Part shown: piece by piece, positions 25,899 through 35,238 of the stretch | Layout: every line of letters begins with the position of its first letter | How positions within the stretch are numbered: position 1 is the first letter of the stretch | NCBI GenBank assembly: GCA_030620975.1 | Contig: JAUXIO010000001.1 | Location: 1-58,092, forward strand | Source of the DNA: Dehalococcoidia bacterium | Lineage (GTDB): Bacteria > Chloroflexota > Dehalococcoidia > GIF9 > JAUXIO01 | DNA: 58,092 nt | Direction of reading: 5' to 3' | Notes under the pieces: generated by a model | What the model was told of the DNA's origin: nothing | The model's input: only the letters and a program-made list of their open reading frames with translations | Databases searched by the model: none | Program-made: the position numbers and the translations under genes

Positions 25899-26429
25899 AT
25901 GGTTTATTCTCCTCAGACTAAAGTTCTTTTTACCAGAGACGAGATTCAACGGGTTGTCAACAGGCTTGCCTTGGAAATCAGAAGTGATTATACAGGCAAA
26001 CGATTACTTGTTGTTGGTATCCTCAAAGGCAGCTTCGTGTTTATGGCTGACCTTATTCGCCAGCTCGCCTTACCCGTGGAGGTTGAATTTGTCAGGCTTT
26101 CTAGCTACGGCGCGGGCAAAGAAACTTCGGGCGAGGTCAGAATGGTTCAGGGATTGGAGACAGCAATAGAGGGCAGAGATGTGCTGGTAGTTGAAGATAT
26201 AGTGGATACTGGACTCAGCATTTCCCTCCTTTTAAATTACTTGCGCGAGAAGAGGCCGGCATCTCTAAAGCTTTGCTCTCTTGCCGATAAGCCCTCGCGG
26301 CGTAAAGTGCCGGTAACCATTGATTATCTTGGTTTTACCGTACCTTATAAATTTATCGTTGGTTATGGTATAGACTTTGATGAGAAGTTCCGTTATTTGC
26401 CTGATATATGTTTCATAGATGAGGATTGA
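25899..26429 (+). CDS. hpt: hypoxanthine phosphoribosyltransferase
   Basis: VVGILKGSFVFMADL, the PRPP loop VLVVEDIVDTGLS, and VGYGIDF. Confidence 0.9.
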   Translation: MVYSPQTKVLFTRDEIQRVVNRLALEIRSDYTGKRLLVVGILKGSFVFMADLIRQLALPVEVEFVRLSSYGAGKETSGEVRMVQGLETAIEGRDVLVVEDIVDTGLSISLLLNYLREKRPASLKLCSLADKPSRRKVPVTIDYLGFTVPYKFIVGYGIDFDEKFRYLPDICFIDED

Positions 26430-26432
26430 GTA

Positions 26433-28130
26433 ATGGGTTTAGCTGAGCTGATTTCGGTAGCTAAGGGGGAAAATCCCGCAGATTTGCTGCTTACCAATGC
26501 CAGGATAGTAAACGCTTTCGTTGGTGATATAGAGCGGGGCAATGTGGCTATTTATGGCGATAGGATTGCCGGAGTTGGCGATTATCAGAAGGGGAAGGAA
26601 GTGATTGATTTAAAGGGGAGCTACCTGGCCCCGGGGTTGATTAATGGTCACACTCATATAGAGAGTTCAATGCTCCACCCAGCTCAGTATGCGCGCGCGG
26701 TGATTCCAAGAGGTACTCTGGCTTTAGTTACTGATTTACACGAAATTTCCAATGTCTGCGGGCTCGATGGCATGAAGCTCATGATGAGGTGGGCAGAGAA
26801 GTTGCCCTTAGATATGTTCTTTATGGCTCCTTCTTGCGTGCCGGCAACTTCTCTGGAGACATCTGGCGCCAAAATTGGTGCCAAGGATATAAAGATGACC
26901 TTGAAGTTGCAGAATGTCATTGGGTTGGGGGAAATGATGAATTTTCCGGGCGTGGTTGCTTGCGATGAGGAGGTTTTGAGCAAGATTCTGGCTGCTCAGG
27001 GTAAAGTGGTTGATGGGCATGCTCCCGGGCTTGGGGGCAGGGAATTGAATGCTTATATGGCAGCGGGCATTTATTCTGACCACGAGTCAACCACCTTTGA
27101 GGAGGGTAGAGATAAACTCAGGCGGGGAATGTACTTGATGATTCGTGAGGGCTCTTCAGAGAAAAATCTGGATGCTCTTTTGCCATTGGTTACCGATGAT
27201 ACTTATAAGAGGTGTTTTTTTGTGGTGGATGACCGAAGTTGTTTTGATTTGCTTAATGAAGGTGATATTGATGCCGTGGTGAGAAAGGCGATTTACCGGG
27301 GGCTGGAGCCAGTGCGGGCTCTACAAATGGCGACCATCAATGCTGCCGAGTATTTCAGGTTATATGGCAGGGGGGCCATTGCCCCAGGCTATGTGGCTGA
27401 TCTGGTTACTATCACTGACCTTCCTCGGCTGGAAATAGACATGGTCTTTTATAATGGGCAGTTGGTGGCAAGAAATGGCAATTGCTTATTTTCTGTGCCC
27501 GAAGCTGCTGCTGAACTAACTGATACCGTCCACATTAAGCCGGTTGGTGCCGATGCGTTAACCTTAGCTGCTAAAGGGGAGACTCATCCAGTTATTGAAA
27601 TTGTCCCCGGTCAGATAGTTACCAGGAAAAGAATGGAGAAGGTAAAGGTTGAGAACGGAATTATGGAGCCCGATGTGGATGGTGATATTTTGAAATTAGT
27701 GGTGGTGGAGAGGCATAAAGCCAGCGGCAATATTGGCGTGGGATTGGTTAAGGGCTTTGGCTTGAAACGGGGGGCTTTAGCTTCATCGGTGGCTCACGAT
27801 TCCCATAATATAGTAATTGTGGGCACCAATGATGCCGACATCATGGCGGCGATTGCGGAGGTAGAAAGACTGCAGGGGGGATTGGTAGTCTGTGCTCAGG
27901 GTGAAGTTTTAGCTGCTTTGCCCCTGCCTATTGCCGGCTTACTTTCTCCGCAGCCGCTGAAGGTTGTTGCCAATGAATTTGAAAGGGTAGAAAAAGCTGC
28001 GCTTAGCTTGGGAGATGTCCCGCCATCACCGTTTGCCATTCTTTCTTTCTTAGCTTTGCCGGTGATTCCAGAGCTGAGACTAACTGACCTGGGACTGGTG
28101 GATGTGGTAACTTTTAAGTTGCTCAAGTGA
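26433..28130 (+). CDS. ade: adenine deaminase
   Basis: PGLINGHTHIESSM metal-binding motif, 565 aa, SVAHDSHNIVIVG. Confidence 0.9.
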   Translation: MGLAELISVAKGENPADLLLTNARIVNAFVGDIERGNVAIYGDRIAGVGDYQKGKEVIDLKGSYLAPGLINGHTHIESSMLHPAQYARAVIPRGTLALVTDLHEISNVCGLDGMKLMMRWAEKLPLDMFFMAPSCVPATSLETSGAKIGAKDIKMTLKLQNVIGLGEMMNFPGVVACDEEVLSKILAAQGKVVDGHAPGLGGRELNAYMAAGIYSDHESTTFEEGRDKLRRGMYLMIREGSSEKNLDALLPLVTDDTYKRCFFVVDDRSCFDLLNEGDIDAVVRKAIYRGLEPVRALQMATINAAEYFRLYGRGAIAPGYVADLVTITDLPRLEIDMVFYNGQLVARNGNCLFSVPEAAAELTDTVHIKPVGADALTLAAKGETHPVIEIVPGQIVTRKRMEKVKVENGIMEPDVDGDILKLVVVERHKASGNIGVGLVKGFGLKRGALASSVAHDSHNIVIVGTNDADIMAAIAEVERLQGGLVVCAQGEVLAALPLPIAGLLSPQPLKVVANEFERVEKAALSLGDVPPSPFAILSFLALPVIPELRLTDLGLVDVVTFKLLK

Positions 28131-28158
28131 GGAGGGCGTGGTTGAGTCCTTACCAAGC

Positions 28159-28458
28159 TTACTTCTTCTTTAAACCGGCGGCGAATTCATCCACGCCAAT
28201 GGCTGCCATGGTCATGGTCTGAAGTGTTCCCCGGGCACCCAAGTTCAGGGCTACCTTGCTTATGGTTTCGTTGTCGGGAGCTTCCAGAATATTGACGAAA
28301 TCATAGGGGCCGAGAAGGGCATACTGGCTTAGCACCTTAGCTCCCATGGCATCAACTTCTTTATTTACTTCCTTTATTCTCTCCGGGTTGTTTTTTACCG
28401 TTCTTCTACCTTCATCAGTTAAGCTCGTCAGCATCACATAAATTGCCATTATCGCCAC
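28159..28458 (-). CDS. GYD domain protein
   Basis: About 99 aa, with the LLGPYDFVNILEAPD (GYD) signature. Confidence 0.8.
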   Translation of the reverse strand: MAIMAIYVMLTSLTDEGRRTVKNNPERIKEVNKEVDAMGAKVLSQYALLGPYDFVNILEAPDNETISKVALNLGARGTLQTMTMAAIGVDEFAAGLKKK

Positions 28459-28564
28459 CTCCTATATAAATTTGAATTGCTTTGTCCACGCCCTCCGTCT
28501 GAGTTAATTCTATCAGCTATTGGGAATAATTCAAGGATTTTCGCCTATTAGTTTTTCGGCATAT

Positions 28565-28708
28565 TCAAGGAGAACCTTCTGGTGGGTTTTCACATAAGAC
28601 TTGGTGCTCATGAATATGTCCCAAAGCTATGTAGTCGAATGCGGGCTGAGCCATATTGCCGGAAGTCTCCACCCCCAAATGAAGGTCGGCAAAATGAAGA
28701 AATTTCAT
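28565..28708 (-). pseudogene. collapsed remnant of an SbcD/Mre11-type nuclease gene
   Basis: The 47-codon ORF is MKFLHFADLHLGVETSGNMAQPAFDYIALGHIHEHQVLCENPPEGSP. Phosphoesterase motif I (FLHFADLHLG) is followed after only ~13 aa by the late motif DYIALGHIH, normally ~150-200 aa away. Its ATG overlaps the glyQS TGA (ATGA). Confidence 0.5.
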
Positions 28709-30072
28709 TTTTGTCTGGTTGCCCACAGGGGCTGAGTGCTGAGAGGTTCACCGGCGAGTTTGGCCCGTAAAGTTTCCTCCAGCTCGTTTATGGGTATCCT
28801 GATCTGGGCCATGCTGTCCCGCTCGCGAATGGTAGCCTGGTTGTCTTCCAAGGATTGGAAGTCAATGGTAATGCAGAATGGGGTGCCAATTTCATCCTGG
28901 CGTCGGTATCTGCGGCCTATACTTTGAGCGTCATCATACTGTGTTGTGAAGTTCCGACGTAGATTGGTGTAAATCTCTTTGGCCAGGGGAGTGAGTTTTT
29001 CGTTTCTGCTCAGGGGGAGAACAGCTACTTTAATTGGTGCCATTGGGGGCTGGAGGCGTAAAATTACTCTGGTTTCTCCCTCTACCTTTTCTTCATCGTA
29101 GGCATCAATCAGCAAAGCCAGAGCTGAGCGGTCAACGCCGGCGGAGGGTTCGATGATGTAGGGAACATAGCGTTCGTCAGTTTCCTCGTCGTAATAACTT
29201 AAGTTCTTGCCGCTATATCTGGCGTGCTGGACAAGGTCGAAATCACCTCGATTGGCGATGCCCTCCAGTTCAGCCCAGCCCATGGGGAATAGATATTCGA
29301 TGTCGTAGCACTGCTTGGCGTAATGGGCAAGTTCATCTTTGCCGTGCTGGCGTAGGCGAAGGTTTTCCTCTTTGATACCAAGTCTGACATACCAATCAAG
29401 GCGCTCTTTCAGCCAGTAGTCAAACCACTGCTCATCGGTTCCCGGTTTAACGAAGTATTCAATTTCCATCTGTTCAAACTCTCTGGTTCTGAAGATGAAG
29501 TTACCCGGGGTAATCTCGTTGCGGAATGATTTACCTATCTGGGCTATGCCGAAGGGCAGCTTTTTTCGCGAAGTGGCAAGTATATTTTCAAAGTTGACAA
29601 ACATGCCCTGGGCTGTCTCTGGGCGAAGATAGGTAACACTTGCCTCCTCCTCAACGGGACCCATGAAAGTTTTAAACATGAGATTGAACATGCGGGGCTC
29701 AGTTAGCTCACCGCCACATTGGGGGCAATTTTGACCGTTGGCCTCGGTGGCTCGCCACCTTAGGTGGCAGGCTTTGCATTCCACCAAGGGGTCGCTAAAT
29801 CCACTCACATGGCCGCTGGCTACCCAGGTTTGAGGATGCATCAGAATGCTGGATTCTAGTCCCACCATGTCGTCTCGTTCTCTAATGTTGGTTTGCCACC
29901 ACGCATTTTTAATATTCTGTTTGAGCTCTACTCCCAGAGGACCATAGTCCCAGCAGCTTGCCAGGCCTCCGTAAATCTCACTGCCCGGGAAAGCAAATCC
30001 CCGCCGTTTACATAGCGAGACAATCCTTTCCATATCTACTTTGCTGGTATCTTTTGGCAAGCGCTCCCCCAA
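28705..30072 (-). CDS. glyQS: glycine--tRNA ligase (class II, single-chain GlyQS type)
   Basis: IVSLCKRRGFAFPGSEIYGGLASCWDYGPLG, and class II motifs including FRNEITPGNFIFRTREFEQME. The listed start is TTG. The ATG at 30033 (MERIVSL...) is an alternative. Confidence 0.9.
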   Translation of the reverse strand: MGERLPKDTSKVDMERIVSLCKRRGFAFPGSEIYGGLASCWDYGPLGVELKQNIKNAWWQTNIRERDDMVGLESSILMHPQTWVASGHVSGFSDPLVECKACHLRWRATEANGQNCPQCGGELTEPRMFNLMFKTFMGPVEEEASVTYLRPETAQGMFVNFENILATSRKKLPFGIAQIGKSFRNEITPGNFIFRTREFEQMEIEYFVKPGTDEQWFDYWLKERLDWYVRLGIKEENLRLRQHGKDELAHYAKQCYDIEYLFPMGWAELEGIANRGDFDLVQHARYSGKNLSYYDEETDERYVPYIIEPSAGVDRSALALLIDAYDEEKVEGETRVILRLQPPMAPIKVAVLPLSRNEKLTPLAKEIYTNLRRNFTTQYDDAQSIGRRYRRQDEIGTPFCITIDFQSLEDNQATIRERDSMAQIRIPINELEETLRAKLAGEPLSTQPLWATRQK

Positions 30073-30140
30073 TTTTCGATTTTTCCTAGCTTATCAACTT
30101 CGCCATGAAGTGTCAAAAGCCTATGTTATAATACTGACGT

Positions 30141-31142
30141 ATGAAAGTCTTGGGTATTGAGACTTCCTGTGATGAGACTGCGGCCGCAGTTGTTGAAGAC
30201 GGCATTACCATTCTGTCTAATATTGTGGCTTCACAGGTAGATATTCACGCCCGCTATGGTGGTATAGTTCCCGAGGTGGCTTCAAGACAGCATCTGCTTA
30301 CCATCTTGCCTGTGGTGCGTGAGGCAATGAATGAGGCCAAGGTTACTTGGCGGGAGTTGGGAGGTATTGCAGTAACTTTTGGTCCGGGTTTAGCCGGTTC
30401 ATTGCTGGTGGGAGTTAATGTGGCTAAGGCGGTTGCCTTGGCTTGTGGACTACCGCTTATTGGGGTCAATCATCTTGAAGGTCATGTCTATGCTAACTGG
30501 CTGGGGAGGGATAATCTGCCGCCTTTCCCGTCTCTTTGCCTCATTGTTTCCGGGGGGCATACTGACCTGGTGCTGATGAGGGGGCATGGGCAATTTGATG
30601 GTGTGGGGCGAACGCGTGATGATGCCGCCGGTGAGGCTTTTGATAAGGCAGCTCGAATTTTGGGATTGGCTTACCCTGGGGGCCCGGCTATTGAACGGGC
30701 AGCGCAGGCTGGGACGCCTTCTCTCCCTTTACCTCGCGCTTGGCTTAAAGGAAGTGATGATTTTAGCTTTAGCGGCTTAAAAACAGCCTTGCTGCATCTT
30801 GTTCGGCAAGGGGAGATTTTGTCCCAGGCCTTCTTGGTGGCTGATGCCGCCGCCAGCTTTCAGCAGGCAGTTGTTGATGTTCTGGTTACCAAAACAATAG
30901 CTGCGTCAGAAAAACTAAGAGTTAAGCAGATCTTGCTGGCTGGTGGAGTTGCCGCAAATGGGCAGCTGCGGGATAACTTTGTGCGCTTGTCTCCCCTTCC
31001 CGTTACTATGCCTGAGCCGGCCTTGTGCACTGATAACGCCGCCATGATAGCTGCCTGTGGTTATTATCATTTCCAGAACGGTAAAGTTAGCGGTTATGAC
31101 CTAGATGTGGTGCCTAACCTCAGTCTGGCTCGCTCAGCCTAG
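30141..31142 (+). CDS. tsaD: tRNA N6-adenosine threonylcarbamoyltransferase TsaD
   Basis: [23 protein letters not shown] and SGGHT motifs. Confidence 0.9.
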   Translation: MKVLGIETSCDETAAAVVEDGITILSNIVASQVDIHARYGGIVPEVASRQHLLTILPVVREAMNEAKVTWRELGGIAVTFGPGLAGSLLVGVNVAKAVALACGLPLIGVNHLEGHVYANWLGRDNLPPFPSLCLIVSGGHTDLVLMRGHGQFDGVGRTRDDAAGEAFDKAARILGLAYPGGPAIERAAQAGTPSLPLPRAWLKGSDDFSFSGLKTALLHLVRQGEILSQAFLVADAAASFQQAVVDVLVTKTIAASEKLRVKQILLAGGVAANGQLRDNFVRLSPLPVTMPEPALCTDNAAMIAACGYYHFQNGKVSGYDLDVVPNLSLARSA

Positions 31143-31265
31143 TCGGTTGATAGACTGAGTGTGGCAGCGTGGCGCAGTGAGCTTGAAGGATGCCTGTTGT
31201 TTTAGCTAAAGGATGTTTTTGGATTTCAAGAATTGGCCTAACTCCACTTATTCAGGGAGGCAGAG

Positions 31266-32852
31266 ATGGAAAATATTACCTTAAAGCATATATTAAGCGG
31301 GCATGTCCAGCATTTCCCAGACAAGACGGCTATCATTTTCAGCGACCCGAAGCTGTCGGCAACTGAGCGAAAGTTGACTTACCGGGAGTTTAACTCCAGG
31401 TGTTGTAGACTGGCGAACGGCCTGTTGAATATGGGTTTTAGGAAGGGCGACCACATTGCCATGCTGTCTATGAATAGCAGCCAGTATGCTGAGCTTTATT
31501 GGGGTTTTCCCAAGGCTGGCTTGGTTATGGTTCCCATAAATTTCAGGTTTGTGGCCGATGAAGTAGCATACATCGTTAACCATTCCGATGCCAAAGCCAT
31601 AATTTTCGAGGAGCAATATCTGGACCTTATAAATTCTACCCGCTCACAGTTTGATAAAGTGAGGAGCGATGGCTACATCATCATTGGTGATAAGGCTCCA
31701 CAGGGCATGATTAATTATGAAAAGCTGTTAGCTAAATCTGCCGATACTGAACCGCAGATTGAGGTCGAGGAAATGGACCCAAGCATACTCATTTATACTT
31801 CAGGGACTACTGCCAGACCAAAGGGGGTATTGAAAACGGAGGGGGCTGTCCTCTGGCTTGCCCTTCAGTTTCTCTATCATTGTGGCTGGTCACGTGATAC
31901 GGCAACTATATTAGCTACGCCGCATTATCATTTGGGTGGCACATTTCCCACTCACGCCGCCATTTATGCTGGCGGCACATTGATTATCCAGCGCGAGTTT
32001 GACTCATTGAACTGGCTTGAATTGGTGGCTAAGTATCGGGTAAGTAGATTCTGGATAGTGCCAACCATGCTTAACCTGATTGTTAACTTACCTGAGGCGG
32101 TAAGGAGTAAATATGATGTTAGTTGTGTGGGCGACATAATGACATCGGGGGCTCCGCTTCATGCTGAGACCTGGGATAGGGCATTGAAGGCATTTCCCAA
32201 TAGCAAAATTCATAATCTCTATGCTTCCACTGAGCACGGTGGCGCCACCATTCTTTATCAACGGGAAAAGGATGAGCACAATTTGCCATCAGAGTGCATT
32301 GGGCTGCCCGCTCTGGGGGCGAATGTTAAGATTGGTAATAATCAGGGTAATGAACTTCCTCGCGGCGAGACCGGTGAGATCTGGGTGAAGGTGCCTTCTA
32401 ATCCCATCGAGTATTACAAAAACCCAGAAGCAACTGAGGAAGGGTTCAAAGATGGTTGGGTATCGGTGGGCGACTTGGGCAGGCAGGATGAAAATGGCTA
32501 CTATTATATTGTTGATAGAAAAAAGGACATGATTATCAGCGGTGGTGAAAATATTTCCCCAAGGGAAATTGAGGAGGTAATTTACAGGCATCCCAAGGTT
32601 TTGGAGGCGGTGGTGGTAGGGGTTGCCGATGCCAAGTGGGGTGAGGTGGTTAAGGCGGTGGTTGTCTTGCGCTCGGGCGAGAAGGCTAGCCAGGATGAGA
32701 TAATTAGTTTCTGCCGGGGTAAAATAGCCGGTTATAAGATTCCCAAATCTGTTGATTTCGTGGACCATTTGCCGAAAACTCCCACTGGGAAGATACTCAA
32801 GCGCAATATTAGAGAGAGCTATTGGGCGGCTCACGAGGGGAGAGTTTATTAG
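31266..32852 (+). CDS. AMP-dependent acyl-CoA ligase (long-chain-fatty-acid-CoA-ligase-like)
   Basis: YTSGTTARPKGV, GDLGRQDENGYYYIVDRKKD, and PKTPTGKILKR. Confidence 0.85.
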   Translation: MENITLKHILSGHVQHFPDKTAIIFSDPKLSATERKLTYREFNSRCCRLANGLLNMGFRKGDHIAMLSMNSSQYAELYWGFPKAGLVMVPINFRFVADEVAYIVNHSDAKAIIFEEQYLDLINSTRSQFDKVRSDGYIIIGDKAPQGMINYEKLLAKSADTEPQIEVEEMDPSILIYTSGTTARPKGVLKTEGAVLWLALQFLYHCGWSRDTATILATPHYHLGGTFPTHAAIYAGGTLIIQREFDSLNWLELVAKYRVSRFWIVPTMLNLIVNLPEAVRSKYDVSCVGDIMTSGAPLHAETWDRALKAFPNSKIHNLYASTEHGGATILYQREKDEHNLPSECIGLPALGANVKIGNNQGNELPRGETGEIWVKVPSNPIEYYKNPEATEEGFKDGWVSVGDLGRQDENGYYYIVDRKKDMIISGGENISPREIEEVIYRHPKVLEAVVVGVADAKWGEVVKAVVVLRSGEKASQDEIISFCRGKIAGYKIPKSVDFVDHLPKTPTGKILKRNIRESYWAAHEGRVY

Positions 32853-32963
32853 GCAAATGGACATCGACTACTATTTGGATCTCACTGCCTTTGAGCAGGT
32901 GAATAAATTCTGACTCAGAGCGGGTACTTGTCCCCAATGTGTATATGGTTTGCCCACCGCCAA

Positions 32964-34199
32964 TCAATATGGGTCGGCTCCTTGGCGTTTTCTGTGCAGC
33001 ATGGTTTCTTGGAGGGCCAGAGCGCTGTTGGCGGCTCCGGCGATTACATTGGCAATCTGCTCTGGAGTAGCTCCGGTGAATTCATACCCAGGCTGATTAA
33101 ATGTCTTCGTTATGACATCAGTTACTGATTTACGGTCTGTGGCATCTAACCCTATCAGTCCAGCTATCACTTTCTCATCGGTATCGGTTGGCACTATAAA
33201 GTAATCTCCAGTTAGCATCATATCGTGAATCTTGCAGTCCTCATCAATGGCTATGGCTACCTGAATCATTTTGAAATATTTCTCTTGATAAAAACCAGTG
33301 ATAGCTTTACCTCGGTTTCTAGCTATGAACTTATGTGTGGACCTTCTCCAGATGAAATCTTCACTTAAGATTTCAGGTGAGTATTTTTGCCATACCGCTT
33401 TTTCCTCTTCTCGCAGCTCCCGCTGCATCAGATCGATATTGGCATACTTTTTGAAGTTTCTGGTCAGAGCTTCTTTGACCTCTTTCATAGTGGGTACATG
33501 ACTTCCGTCGGTTTCTGCTGAGGCTACATATTTGGTAAATTCTTTTATCTCCTTGTCCTTGAATTTTTCCGGGGGAATATTAAGTGTTAAGGAACTCAGT
33601 TCCATGTCTGGTAAGTATCTATTGAAGGAGTAGTTTCCCAGCATGAAGTTCCCCATGGTCTCAAATGCGCTGCCCACTATTTTCTTGCCCGGCGGCACCC
33701 TTAGATCGTTTGGGTATCTATAGTAGGCATTGGCAACGCCGAGGTCTTTAAGCGTCTCTGTCAATATCTGACCGACGTAAAGGTAATAGGCTTCATCGGT
33801 GTTTGCCATCTCTCTCAGTGGTTGCGCAGTCTCCATAAATGCCGTATGTTCCCCGAGAAAGACGGTACCTCCGCCCAGGTGCCACCTTCTTACCGGATAA
33901 ACATTTAGCGCTTGGCAATTTAACCAATTAATCTCCCTGTCCATATCGCTATAGTAGCCCACTGTGGGGAAAGGCTTATTGTAACTGATGAGCAGACAGG
34001 TGGGCGGAAACTCCTTCAGCTCTCGCCTTCTATGGGCATCCAGCAGAATTCCCAATAAATTATTCCATATGGGCTCCACATCAAGATAGAAGAGCAGCCT
34101 CCATTCGCGCGGCGATGAGCTAAACCCCTTCCTTTCTCGCTTGAATTTGTCAAACTCCAGCATTTTGATTTTTTCTATGTCAGCTGTGGATTCGTTCAC
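32964..34199 (-). CDS. divergent biotin/lipoate protein ligase family (LplA-like) protein
   Basis: RRWHLGGGTVFLGEH resembles the RRxSGGGAVYHD motif. DLRVPPGKKIVGSAFE resembles the DLxxxGKKISGSAQ lysine motif. It has an N-terminal ~60-aa extension and a GTG start. Confidence 0.5.
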   Translation of the reverse strand: MNESTADIEKIKMLEFDKFKRERKGFSSSPREWRLLFYLDVEPIWNNLLGILLDAHRRRELKEFPPTCLLISYNKPFPTVGYYSDMDREINWLNCQALNVYPVRRWHLGGGTVFLGEHTAFMETAQPLREMANTDEAYYLYVGQILTETLKDLGVANAYYRYPNDLRVPPGKKIVGSAFETMGNFMLGNYSFNRYLPDMELSSLTLNIPPEKFKDKEIKEFTKYVASAETDGSHVPTMKEVKEALTRNFKKYANIDLMQRELREEEKAVWQKYSPEILSEDFIWRRSTHKFIARNRGKAITGFYQEKYFKMIQVAIAIDEDCKIHDMMLTGDYFIVPTDTDEKVIAGLIGLDATDRKSVTDVITKTFNQPGYEFTGATPEQIANVIAGAANSALALQETMLHRKRQGADPY

Positions 34200-34315
34200 T
34201 TGCGCTTCTCCTCTAAGAATTTCGTAAATCTTGAAGCATCGCCAAACATCGTTATGTTGCTAAATAGAAAGTAAGTTCGCATGTTTCCGATGTTCTCGCT
34301 ATTTTCTATGAAGCG

Positions 34316-34442
34316 TGCTGGACATTGGAAGATTATTACCTTCGCCCTCTCTGCGCCATTTTGAAGCGGTGTCAAGGGAAGGGGGTCTGTAGAAGGCTTG
34401 TTGCACTTCTACCAGTTTGAAGTGGGGGAAGTAGCGCTTCAT
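34316..34442 (-). pseudogene. DUF72 (UPF0759)-like gene remnant
   Basis: The short ORF MKRYFPHFKLVEVQQAFYRPPSLDTASKWRRE... matches the DUF72 N-terminal pattern (Y..F..VE.N.tFY..P...t...W). An adjacent frame reads VIIFQCPARF, which resembles the DUF72 QlPPsF motif. Most of the ~250-aa family length is missing. Confidence 0.4.
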
Positions 34443-34506
34443 CCTCAATTAGTCCTTTCCCAGAACGGAAGCCTTTCCTCAGTTTACACGTTTACGTGTA
34501 GATATG

Positions 34507-34749
34507 TCAAGAGGCCTTGGCGGATTTTGAAGGCTCTGGTTCATAGTCAAAACTACTGCGCTCAGCAACCAAATTGAGTAAAGTAACTGAGGTGCCTCTG
34601 GGCTGGTACATTCCCGTCTCCCACTCGCTGACAGTTTGTTGGCGGATGCCCAATTCCTTGGCCAGTTTGGCTTGAGTGAGCCTAAGGTGTTGCCTCAGCG
34701 CTCGAATGCGTTTCTTATCCCAGTTATTGTGCTTTTGTCGTTGCCGCAT
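34507..34749 (-). CDS. XRE-family helix-turn-helix transcriptional regulator
   Basis: LRLTQAKLAKELGIRQQTVSEWETG is a classic HTH_3 motif. 80 aa. Confidence 0.75.
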   Translation of the reverse strand: MRQRQKHNNWDKKRIRALRQHLRLTQAKLAKELGIRQQTVSEWETGMYQPRGTSVTLLNLVAERSSFDYEPEPSKSAKAS

Positions 34750-34827
34750 TGTTGGTAAATGTTACACGGTCGAGTGTAATAAATCAACGAATCAAGATTT
34801 TCTTTTTGTCAAATTCCTTAAAAACTA

Positions 34828-34855
34828 TTGCAATCTAAGTTTTTTATGCTAAAAT
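34828..34855 (+). promoter_or_regulatory. groESL promoter (TTGCAA, 16-nt spacer, TAAAAT)
   Basis: Hexamers at 34828-34833 and 34850-34855, immediately upstream of the CIRCE element. Confidence 0.5.
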
Positions 34856-34856
34856 A

Positions 34857-34883
34857 TTAGCAGTCTCAGGACGAGAGTGCTAA
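34857..34883 (+). promoter_or_regulatory. CIRCE operator (HrcA binding site)
   Basis: TTAGCAGTC-tcaggacga-GAGTGCTAA has one mismatch to the consensus TTAGCACTC-N9-GAGTGCTAA. It lies between the promoter and groES. Confidence 0.85.
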
Positions 34884-34929
34884 TATAAGTGGTAAGTATG
34901 TGTTATTAAATTCGGGAAAGGAGGGCAGG

Positions 34930-35226
34930 ATGGCAGTAAAACTTCAGCCTTTGGGAGATAGGGTAGTGATTAAACCGCTACCTAAGGAGGAGGTGACTAA
35001 GGGAGGTATCGTTTTACCAGACACAGTTAAAGAGAAACCTCAAGAAGGAGAGGTTATTGCTGTTGGGCCGGGTAAGCTGTCTGAGGATGGCAAGCGCATG
35101 GCCATGGAAGTGAAAGTGAGAGACAAGGTAATTTATGCTAAATATGCAGGTACCGAGTATAAGGAGGATGACGAGGAATTAATTATCTTGCGCGAAAGTG
35201 ATATTTTAGCTAAAAAGACTTCGTAA
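34930..35226 (+). CDS. groES: co-chaperonin GroES
   Basis: [16 protein letters not shown]...GGIVLPDT. The ATG at 34930 is preferred to the longer track ORF. Confidence 0.95.
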   Translation: MAVKLQPLGDRVVIKPLPKEEVTKGGIVLPDTVKEKPQEGEVIAVGPGKLSEDGKRMAMEVKVRDKVIYAKYAGTEYKEDDEELIILRESDILAKKTS

Positions 35227-35238
35227 AGGGAGGATAAA

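Noticed and set aside
25861-26169. 102-aa plus-strand ORF overlapping the hpt 5' half in another frame
   Set aside because: The hpt frame carries clear PRTase motifs. The alternative frame has none.
32289-32864. 191-aa ORF antisense to the acyl-CoA ligase
   Set aside because: A shadow ORF with no motifs.
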